DNA of 42,047 bases from Frankiaceae bacterium (lineage in GTDB: Bacteria; Actinomycetota; Actinomycetes; Mycobacteriales; SCTD01): NCBI GenBank assembly GCA_031424715.1, contig JANPHZ010000005.1:1-42047 (forward strand), given 5' to 3'. How positions within the stretch are numbered: the first letter of the stretch is position 1; each line of letters begins with the position of its first letter. The translations under genes and the position numbers were made by a program. Below the pieces are notes generated by a model, which worked only from the letters and a program-made list of their open reading frames with translations, had not been told where the DNA came from and did not search any database. Below, piece by piece: positions 34,833-42,015 of this stretch.

Positions 34833-36362
34833 ATGCAGTCGTCACGCCGTACCGGTGCACTCCTCGGTCTGCTCTGCCTCGGTCTGATCGCCACGCCGGC
34901 GCTGGCCGGTGTGGGAGCCGAAGCCGGTCCAGAACGGCCCACCGGTAGTTACGACGAAACCCGGTTGCTGATCGCTTTCGATCCCGGCACCCCCGGCGAA
35001 GCGCGGCGGGCCGCGCACGCCGTAGAGGGCGCGCGCGTCGAGAACACGATCGCCAATCTCAACCTCGATGTCGTCAAGCTGCGCGACGGGCAGGACGCCG
35101 TTCAGGTCGCCGCTCGCTACGAGCGCAACCCCAACGTGGCCTACACCGACTTCAACCACAAAGTCGGACTGCTGAGCAATGACTCCTTGTACAAGGACCA
35201 GTGGGGTCTGCACAACATCGCCCAGCCTGTGACCGGCAGCTTCGTGCGAGGTGTTGTCGATGCCGACGTGGACGCACCGGAGGGATGGGCGGCTGCCTTC
35301 CCTGCGGGCATCGAGTCCAGCGGAGGGACCTTGACCGGCATTCTCGACACCGGTATCGACCGCAGTCACGTGGACCTGCTCAACCGTGCGGTCGTCTGCG
35401 CGACGGCGAATGCAGCAACAGGCATCGTCGTCGAGGGCACCTGCTCCGATGACAACCTGCACGGCACACACGTCGCGGGCACCGTGGCGGCCCTGACCAA
35501 CAACGGGGTCGGCGTCGCCGGCGTGGCCCCGAACGCCCCACTCGCGATCTTCAAGGGGCTGAACGGCGCCGGCACCGGCTTCTACGCCGACATCGTGGCC
35601 GGTATCGACTACCTCAGCGCCAAGAAGGGCGTGCCGATCATCAGCATGAGCATCGGTGGCCCTAAGGACGACGCTCTCGATCGCGTGCTCTCTCAGGCCT
35701 GGGCGCGCGGCACGCTCTTGATCGCTGCGGCTGGCAATGACGGTGACGCCACCGCCAACTACCCGGCTTTCCACCCCGACGTCATGTCCGTCGGCTCCAT
35801 TGATCAAGCCGGCCAGCGATCGAGCTTCAGCAACTGCAACAACGACGTCGAGATCGCGGCTCCCGGCGAAGACATCTGGTCGACCTTCCCGGGCAACTCC
35901 TATGGCGTCATCAGCGGTACGTCGATGGCGACCCCGCACGTCTCCGGCGTCGCGGCGATGCTCATGTCGGAGAAGGGGCTGACGGCTACGCAGACTCGGA
36001 GCACGTTGAAGAGCACGGCCCTTGGCTCCGGTGGATGCAACAACATCGGCGTCGTGAACCTTGCCAACGCCCTGGGCGCCAGCGGCGGCGGGACGGTCAC
36101 CCCGCCTCCCCCCACCGGCACCGGCACGATCGCTGGGACAGTGACCACCTCGGGGAAGAACCCGACAGTGATCTCCGGTGCGACGGTTGCTTGCGGTGCG
36201 GGTGGCAGCGCCACGACCGGCACTGATGGCCGTTACACGATTGCCTCGGTTGCGGCCGGCAGTTACACCTGCACGGCGTCCGCCCCGAACCGCACGTCCA
36301 AGTCCGCGTCGGTGACTGTCACTTCCGGCCAGACGACGACGCAGAACTACGCCCTGCGGTAA
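34833..36362 (+). CDS. Secreted S8 (subtilisin-family) serine peptidase with propeptide and a C-terminal CarboxypepD_reg-like domain
   Basis: It has a signal peptide and the Asp/His/Ser triad contexts ILDTGID, HGTHVAG and GTSMATPHVSG. The C-terminal block GTIAGTVTT...DGRYTIASVAAGSYTCTAS is a beta-sandwich pattern. Codon GC3 is noticeably relaxed. Confidence 0.9.
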   Translation: MQSSRRTGALLGLLCLGLIATPALAGVGAEAGPERPTGSYDETRLLIAFDPGTPGEARRAAHAVEGARVENTIANLNLDVVKLRDGQDAVQVAARYERNPNVAYTDFNHKVGLLSNDSLYKDQWGLHNIAQPVTGSFVRGVVDADVDAPEGWAAAFPAGIESSGGTLTGILDTGIDRSHVDLLNRAVVCATANAATGIVVEGTCSDDNLHGTHVAGTVAALTNNGVGVAGVAPNAPLAIFKGLNGAGTGFYADIVAGIDYLSAKKGVPIISMSIGGPKDDALDRVLSQAWARGTLLIAAAGNDGDATANYPAFHPDVMSVGSIDQAGQRSSFSNCNNDVEIAAPGEDIWSTFPGNSYGVISGTSMATPHVSGVAAMLMSEKGLTATQTRSTLKSTALGSGGCNNIGVVNLANALGASGGGTVTPPPPTGTGTIAGTVTTSGKNPTVISGATVACGAGGSATTGTDGRYTIASVAAGSYTCTASAPNRTSKSASVTVTSGQTTTQNYALR

Positions 36363-36494
36363 CCCCAACCGGTGCAACGAGCTTCGAAGATCCATGCGGT
36401 TGCCGTGCGCCGGTGGGCGCTGGAAGCGCTCGTCCAGCCACGCGCGTCCTCGTGAATCGCCGCAACGGTGAGCGCGACGACTTCAGGAGGGTGC

Positions 36495-37388
36495 ATGACA
36501 GGTCTGCGACTGAAGTTCTGCCCGGATGCAGCCAGCTTTCTCTCCAGTGCCGGCGGTTTCCTGGAAGCCGACCCGGTCGTCAGCACAGTCGTTGCCGGGA
36601 TCGCCCATCGGAGGCTGTCTCAGCAACGCGACGGGGTCAGTCCGGCCGACCGGGACTGGTGGCTCGTGGTGACGGATGCCGCTGGCAGCGTCGTGGGGGT
36701 GGGGATGAGGACAGCGACAACTGCGCCGTATCCCCTCTTTCTGCTTCCGATGCCCGACGAGGCAGCGGTTGCTCTGGCTCGTGTCCTTTACGCGCGAGGA
36801 GAGGAAGTGCTCGCGATCAATGGAGCCCTGCCCGCCGTACAGACGTGCGCGCAGGAGTTAGTCCAGCTGGTCGGGGGTCGCGTCGAGGTCAGTCATCACA
36901 CGCGGCTGCACGAGCTGGGGCATCTCGTACCGCCGGCGGCGACAGCCGGCGAGCTCCGGCTGGCCACTGAAAGCGATGTGGGGCTGGCCACCGAGTGGTT
37001 CGCGGCGTTCATGAGTGACGCTGACGAGCAGGCTGGGCGAGCTCGCGGGACGAGTCTGCATGAGGCTCCGGACCCAGCGGACATGCTGCGCAGAATCCGT
37101 GCCAGTCAGATCTGGCTCTGGGTGGGCGCTGATGGTCAGCCCGTGCATATGACGGGCACGAACCCGCCGGCCTTCGGGGTAGCCAGGATCGGCCCGGTCT
37201 ACACACCCCCGGCGCAACGGGGTCGCGGTTGGGCCAGTAGCGCGGTCGCCGAGGTCTCCCGCCGGCTCCAGGCGGGTGGAACTCGCGTCTGCCTGTTTAC
37301 CGACCAGGCGAATCCGACGTCGAACAAGATCTACGCGGCCCTCGGCTATGCGCCCGTCGTCGATATGGCGAACCTGGTCATGGGGTGA
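36495..37388 (+). CDS. GNAT family N-acetyltransferase (two-domain type)
   Basis: ATG 36495 follows AGGAGG. The acetyl-CoA motif is QRGRGWASSAVAEV, and the C-terminus NKIYAALGY is typical of GNAT. Confidence 0.75.
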   Translation: MTGLRLKFCPDAASFLSSAGGFLEADPVVSTVVAGIAHRRLSQQRDGVSPADRDWWLVVTDAAGSVVGVGMRTATTAPYPLFLLPMPDEAAVALARVLYARGEEVLAINGALPAVQTCAQELVQLVGGRVEVSHHTRLHELGHLVPPAATAGELRLATESDVGLATEWFAAFMSDADEQAGRARGTSLHEAPDPADMLRRIRASQIWLWVGADGQPVHMTGTNPPAFGVARIGPVYTPPAQRGRGWASSAVAEVSRRLQAGGTRVCLFTDQANPTSNKIYAALGYAPVVDMANLVMG

Positions 37389-37425
37389 GTGACGGGGCTC
37401 GAACCCGCGACAACCGGGATCACAA
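37381..37425 (-). other. tRNA-His (GUG) 3' half relic: anticodon loop through CCA, with no 5' half (putative att-type remnant)
   Basis: The minus strand reads TTGTGAT-CCCGG-TTGTC-GCGGG-TTCGAGC-CCCGT-CACTCAC-C-CCA. This parses as anticodon loop (GTG), stem strand, variable loop, T arm, acceptor 3' strand, discriminator C and CCA. No complementary GTGAGTG acceptor strand or D arm lies upstream. The relic overlaps the GNAT stop codon. Confidence 0.6.
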
Positions 37426-37516
37426 TCCTGCCACCAGCCCTCAACCAGTGTGATTTTCCCAGTGTACGCGGGATTTCTGTACACCGGGTAGCACCTGATC
37501 CAGCCCGTGTCAGGCC

Positions 37517-37538
37517 GTTTGCCCCACGTTTGCCCCAC
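37517..37538 (+). repeat. Tandem 11-nt direct repeat GTTTGCCCCAC x2
   Basis: Two exact adjacent copies lie in the region upstream of the DUF2268-like gene. Confidence 0.8.
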
Positions 37539-37603
37539 GCCCGTCATCCCTGCGAGACGAGTAATCGTTGTACTGAAAGCACGGCCCTCGTTAGTGTCCG
37601 CCC

Positions 37604-38254
37604 GTGCTGTACGTGCATCTTCTCGACACCGCGGAGTACGTCTTCTCCGACGACGAGCGCACGGTGATCAACGAGCTTGGTCGGGTCGCTGAGGCACACG
37701 TACGAGAACTCTTGCCAGCGTTGGCCGAGAAGGTGCACCTCGTCGTGGAGACCGGCTCGGCAGTCATCGACGTGACCGGCGAGGTCGGGTTCACCGCGTC
37801 ACCGACCCGGATCCACTGGACAGTCGATCAGTCGCGTGGCGTGCTGTCAGTTGCCCAGACCCACCTGCACCACATGTTGCTGCACGAGGCACACCACGCC
37901 GTACGCCTTCAGCGGTTCCCGTCGATTTACGCGACCGACTGGTACGAGGCCTCGATCATGGAAGGACTCGCGACCGCTTTCCAACGCGCCAACAGCGAGT
38001 TCGTCGCTCCCTGGGGCGAATACGCCGAAGACCAGATCGAAGAGTGGGCAAGGGAGCTCTTCGCCCAGCCGATGGACGACCGTTACCGAGAGTGGAAGTT
38101 CCAGCACAGTGACGGTCGACGATGGATCGCCTACCGGGTAGGGACATGGGTGGTTGACCAAGCAGTGCAGCGCTCCGGCAGATCCGCAGCCGACCTTGTC
38201 TGGGAGCCGACCATGGACATCGTGAACCTCGCCGGTGTCGCTAACAGCAACTGA
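37604..38254 (+). CDS. DUF2268-like predicted zinc metallopeptidase
   Basis: 216 aa from GTG 37604 with an HExxH motif (LLHEAHHAV). The overall pattern agrees with my recollection of DUF2268. Confidence 0.65.
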   Translation: MLYVHLLDTAEYVFSDDERTVINELGRVAEAHVRELLPALAEKVHLVVETGSAVIDVTGEVGFTASPTRIHWTVDQSRGVLSVAQTHLHHMLLHEAHHAVRLQRFPSIYATDWYEASIMEGLATAFQRANSEFVAPWGEYAEDQIEEWARELFAQPMDDRYREWKFQHSDGRRWIAYRVGTWVVDQAVQRSGRSAADLVWEPTMDIVNLAGVANSN

Positions 38255-38336
38255 AGTTGAAGGCGGAGCGCTGCGTTTACGCAAGCCTCACCGCAACCTC
38301 ACAAGATGCTCACGACAACTTCACCGGCGGTCCGAC

Positions 38337-38372
38337 GGGGTCGCCCGTGGGGTCGCCCGTGGGGTCGCCCGT
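38337..38372 (+). repeat. Tandem 12-nt repeat GGGGTCGCCCGT x3
   Basis: Three exact adjacent copies. Confidence 0.9.
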
Positions 38373-38477
38373 TGCCCCCAGACGGGTCGGGCGGGGCTAC
38401 GGGCGACCCTGGAAGATCTTGGTCGCCTCCGCTGCGCCCCCGTTGACCTGCGGTTTTGGGGTGGCTGGGTCGGTCGT

Positions 38478-38520
38478 GTGACCAGGTCGGGGGGCAAGCC
38501 CGACCCCCCGACCTGGTCAC
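38478..38520. repeat. Perfect 17-bp inverted repeat (G6/C6-containing hairpin)
   Basis: GTGACCAGGTCGGGGGG (38478-38494), loop CAAGCCCGA, then CCCCCCGACCTGGTCAC (38504-38520). An 11-nt piece of the right arm (CCCCCCGACCT) recurs at 38971-38981. Confidence 0.9.
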
Positions 38521-38580
38521 ACTCCCTCGTCATGACAAGAGGAAGAACGAGGGGGACATCGGGGGCGCAGCGGAGGCTCG

Positions 38581-38706
38581 GAAAAGCAGTCGAAAAAAAC
38601 TGGGCTGAGCAAGATCAACAATAGGAACCAAGAAGCAGGATCAAGATCAAGAACAAGAACAGAAAATCAAGAACGGGGCAAGGACAAGATCAACAACAGG
38701 GACGGA
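38581..38706 (+). repeat. Extreme A-rich, purine-skewed low-complexity tract with ATCAA(C/G)AA boxes
   Basis: My hand count for 38581-38700 is 60 A, 51 G+C and 9 T out of 120 nt. ATCAA(C/G)AA boxes start at 38614, 38646, 38666 and 38689. The longer 16-mers GATCAACAATAGGAAC (38613-38628) and GATCAACAACAGGGAC (38688-38703) match 14/16. Confidence 0.85.
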
Positions 38707-38742
38707 GGCAAGGGCAGGGCAGGGCAGGGCAGGGCAGGGCAG
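38707..38742 (+). repeat. (GGGCA)6 pentanucleotide repeat, G-quadruplex-type motif
   Basis: Six exact GGGCA units lie at 38712-38741, preceded by GGCAA. Confidence 0.9.
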
Positions 38743-38806
38743 ATCGTGGTGCAGGGTCGTCGGTGAGGGCGATGTGTGGTTGGCGGGCGTGGGTGCGGAT
38801 GAATGC

Positions 38807-38828
38807 CGAGGGCGAGGGCGAGGGCGAG
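38807..38828 (+). repeat. (CGAGGG)3+ hexanucleotide repeat
   Basis: CGAGGGCGAGGGCGAGGGCGAG gives a second run of four evenly spaced G-tracts on the same strand. Confidence 0.85.
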
Positions 38829-39235
38829 ATCGGGCGGGGTTCAAGCGTCGTCGGCGTGTAGGCAGTCGGGGTTGTCAACGTCGGGTGTGCCGGTGAGCTT
38901 TGAACTTCTGGGATCGCGATCTGGTGGGTGGTCGGCGTGGGGTCTGGGGCCACGCACCGTACGGCTGGCTCCCCCCGACCTCAAGGACGCTTCGCGCCGC
39001 TTCGCGGTCGGCCTTCGGCCGCTCCTTGACCTCGGGGCCCCTAGCCGGCCTGGCAGAGATTTGGGGCAGGACCTTCGGCCCTGCCTGGCGGCGCGCGGCC
39101 CCAGACGAACGGCCTCGTTGGGAGCATCGCCTACCCCCTCGACGCCACCAGCAGTAGCGGCCCTCCTCAGCGGTTCCGGTCGTCAATAGGCTGTGGCCGT
39201 GGCATCTGTGGCTCAGCCGGGCGGGTTACGGCGGC

Positions 39236-40084
39236 GTGCTTCCTAACAAGGCAATCCGGTGGGCGGAGCGGGTACTGGATGGACGAGTCACATCCACCAC
39301 CCAGTTGGCGGGCGGCCTGACCTCTTCCTGCCACCGGCTCCAGCTGTCGGATGGGCGCATAGCTGTGTTGCGTCGCTGGACCAGCGATAGGCAGCACGAC
39401 GTCTTGGAGTTCAGCGCCGCACGTGAGGCGACGGTGCTGGTCCTCCTTGAGGGCAAGTTGTGCCCGGTGCCGCTGGTCCTCGCGCGTGACGACCACGGGA
39501 GGGATTGCGATGTACCGGCCCTCATACTCAGCTTCATGCCGGGGGAGCAACCGACCCTGCAGGAACTGGGCTCCCTTGACCTGCTGGCTCTCGCGAAGGT
39601 CCTCGCGAGAGTTCACGACATTGCAGCGCCGGATGCGCTACCCGCTTTCGCTCCATGGTGCTGGCGTCACCCGCTCGGCGTGCCAATTGGCACACGCGCT
39701 GCTGAATCATGGCAACGGATCCTCGACGCCGGGATTGAGGCGGACGCGGCCAGGGAGCAAGCTGGCGACGCGCTCTTGCATGGCGACTTCCATCTTGGAA
39801 ACACGCTCTGGAAAGGCTCGCGCCTCAGCGCCGTCCTGGACTGGCCCGCAGCCTCGCGTGGTAACCCCCTAGCCGACGTCGCACGAATGGCGGGCTACCT
39901 GGACGTCTTAGCACCGGGTTTCGGCGGACGGTTTGGGCGGGCCTATACGGCGGTAACTGGCGGGATTCTCACGCCCTGGTGGGAAGCCAGGGAACTCCTT
40001 GACCGGCTCCCAGAGGACCCGAACGAGCCTCTCGACCTGACGATGTTCGACGCGCAAGTTGCGAGCGTCGCCGCTCGGCTCTGA
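39236..40084 (+). CDS. Aminoglycoside/choline-kinase-type phosphotransferase (APH family)
   Basis: 282 aa with the catalytic loop LLHGDFHLGNTLW (HGDxxxxN) followed by VLDWPAASRGNPLADVA (DW/D motif). Confidence 0.8.
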   Translation: MLPNKAIRWAERVLDGRVTSTTQLAGGLTSSCHRLQLSDGRIAVLRRWTSDRQHDVLEFSAAREATVLVLLEGKLCPVPLVLARDDHGRDCDVPALILSFMPGEQPTLQELGSLDLLALAKVLARVHDIAAPDALPAFAPWCWRHPLGVPIGTRAAESWQRILDAGIEADAAREQAGDALLHGDFHLGNTLWKGSRLSAVLDWPAASRGNPLADVARMAGYLDVLAPGFGGRFGRAYTAVTGGILTPWWEARELLDRLPEDPNEPLDLTMFDAQVASVAARL

Positions 40085-40175
40085 TGCGCCGTCTCACAGG
40101 CAAGGAGTCAACTAAACCCTGGGCAGTCCCGTTCGTGCTCGCCCGTGCAACCCTGCTCCCGTGAGAAGGCGTCAG

Positions 40176-40454
40176 ATGTGCAAGGCGTTGCTGTTGGTCG
40201 CCTCGCTGGTGGTGGTTGTCGCGTTCGCGGTTCCGGTGCGAACGGACGACTTCGGTGCTTGCGGCCTTGCCGGAACTTGGCTTACAGGACTGCTGGGCGA
40301 CCCGACTGGCCCTAGCGACCCCGACTTCGTCTACGCCGAGTACAACGCCTGTCGACTTGCTGCGCGACCTGCGCTCGCTGTCATGCTGTCGGCGGTACTG
40401 GTGTCGGTGGTCGCGGGCGGGCTGCTCGTCAGGAGTAGCCGCAGCCGCAGGTAG
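40176..40454 (+). CDS. Hypothetical small membrane protein (92 aa)
   Basis: It has an N-terminal helix MCKALLLVASLVVVVAFAV and a C-terminal helix ALAVMLSAVLVSVVAGGLLV. I recognised no family. Confidence 0.4.
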   Translation: MCKALLLVASLVVVVAFAVPVRTDDFGACGLAGTWLTGLLGDPTGPSDPDFVYAEYNACRLAARPALAVMLSAVLVSVVAGGLLVRSSRSRR

Positions 40455-40532
40455 GTGCCACGTCTGCAGCCCGGGCATGTAGGCGACGCGGGACAGGACG
40501 TGCAGAGCGCCTTCTGGACGGCAGCTGAGTAC

Positions 40533-41165
40533 CTACAGCACGTGCAAGCGGCCGCCGTCATCCCATCCGTCAGGTAGCGAAAGCGGACCCCACTCCGATG
40601 GCGGCCGGAAGGTTCGCCAGTCGCCGACTGTCTGCAGGAAGCTGGGCAAGTCCGCCATGATGGCGTCACCGGTGGAGCGGGCTAGGTCCAGTTCATCTGC
40701 CTGCAGGTGCCCCTGCTCCAACGCTGCCGACGCCTCTTCTTCGTCCTTCCACTTCGCAGTGCCGTCAGGCGAGATCGCCAGGTCGAGGTGCCAGTCACGG
40801 CTCTCGACCACCGCGCCGGACCATTCGCCGGGGCTCTCAAAGTTGACATACCAACCTGCAAACTCGCCAGCGATGAAGAAGTGGGCTACCTGGTACGGCT
40901 CGTCAGGCACGAAGACCCGAAGAACATCGGTGCCGCTCCAGGTCCGCGTCGACGTCGTCAAGTCGTCGGTGAAGCGCCGGTCCAGCGGAACGGTGCGCGG
41001 GTCCTTACCGTCCGGCGTTGCCCAGTACGACACCTCGCTGCCGACCGGAAGCCAACCCAATCGCCTGCCGGTGTCGTCCGCGACGGACCACATGGGCATG
41101 GCCGCCTGCAACCGCCCGTTGGGGTACCGGTATCGGAGCAGCAGGCGCTCTTCGCCTTCAGACAT
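40533..41165 (-). CDS. DUF402 domain protein (FomD-like nucleoside-diphosphatase fold)
   Basis: 210 aa. The block WYVNFESP...ESRDWHLDLAISPDG matches the DUF402 pattern as I recall it. Confidence 0.6.
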   Translation of the reverse strand: MSEGEERLLLRYRYPNGRLQAAMPMWSVADDTGRRLGWLPVGSEVSYWATPDGKDPRTVPLDRRFTDDLTTSTRTWSGTDVLRVFVPDEPYQVAHFFIAGEFAGWYVNFESPGEWSGAVVESRDWHLDLAISPDGTAKWKDEEEASAALEQGHLQADELDLARSTGDAIMADLPSFLQTVGDWRTFRPPSEWGPLSLPDGWDDGGRLHVL

Positions 41166-41280
41166 GTCCGCACCCTAGTGACGTACAGGGCAAGAGCCCA
41201 TGACCGCGCGGAGCGGGCGCTTCTGCTCGGCTTGCGACCGGCGCTCGTGTGAAGCCCTTGGCGCCGAGGCGGCCGGGAGC

Positions 41281-42015
41281 TCAGGCCTGGGTTCGCGGGG
41301 TCGCAACGAAGACGAATTCGCGACCAGGACGATCCGGAGCATCACGTACTTCCTCGACCACGAAACCCGCGGCATTCAGCGAGCGAATCACCTCGTCGCG
41401 CTCTCGGAACCGCAACGTGGAGTCCGAAGTCAGGACGGCGCCATCCGATGCGAACACACAGGTCGATCGGAACGACACGGCGCCGTTGGTGACCCGGACC
41501 AGATCCTCCCAGGATTCGACGACCCCAACGTCAGGGATGTCCGTCGTGATGTACGAGATGGCGCGGTTCCATTCCAGCCAAGCCTTACGCGCCGGGTCTC
41601 GTGTCTCGAAAACCAGGCGCCCCCCTGGGCGAAGCCGCTCACGGATCGCGCGCAGAGTGGCCGCCCAGTGGTCGTCCTCCACGAAGACCTGGGCGACATT
41701 CGCCGTCATGAACGCGACGTCGAACGGAGAGGCTGGCACGCTGGCAACTTCTCCGTGCAACCACTGCACCCGCTCCGCGCCTGGCTTGGCGCGCGCGACG
41801 TCCAGCGACGCAGCGGCCGGATCCACCGCGACAACGTCGACGCCACGCGCAGCAAGCAGACAGGCAAAGGTTCCGGTCCCGCACCCGATATCAAGAACCC
41901 GTTGCGCCCTGAACTCGTCGACCATCGCGACATACACCTCGAGATCGCTGCGGTCCGGGTCGAGCGGGTCGTAGATCTCGGCCAGCCGACGGGACTCGAA
42001 GATCGCGTCCGCCAT
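41281..42015 (-). CDS. Class I SAM-dependent methyltransferase
   Basis: VLDIGCGTGTFACLLA (motif I) and GGRLVFETR (post-II region) are present. Confidence 0.85.
   Translation of the reverse strand: MADAIFESRRLAEIYDPLDPDRSDLEVYVAMVDEFRAQRVLDIGCGTGTFACLLAARGVDVVAVDPAAASLDVARAKPGAERVQWLHGEVASVPASPFDVAFMTANVAQVFVEDDHWAATLRAIRERLRPGGRLVFETRDPARKAWLEWNRAISYITTDIPDVGVVESWEDLVRVTNGAVSFRSTCVFASDGAVLTSDSTLRFRERDEVIRSLNAAGFVVEEVRDAPDRPGREFVFVATPRTQA

Noticed and set aside
37381-37460. Intact tRNA-His gene.
   Set aside because: The T arm, acceptor 3' strand and anticodon loop are present. No complementary 5' acceptor strand (GTGAGTG) or D arm exists upstream, and the 5' anticodon-stem strand mispairs. 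I therefore call it a relic rather than a functional tRNA.
38647-38953. ORFs 38647..38844 (-) and 38690..38953 (-), with PALPCPALPCP-type sequence.
   Set aside because: They merely translate the complement of the (GGGCA)6 repeat and the A-rich tract. They have no start context and no domain.
38255-39235. Possibility that the repeat block is a CRISPR array.
   Set aside because: The repeats are of unrelated sequence and unit length (12, 5, 6 and 8-16 nt). They are directly tandem or irregularly spaced, with no repeat-spacer periodicity, and no cas genes are in the window.
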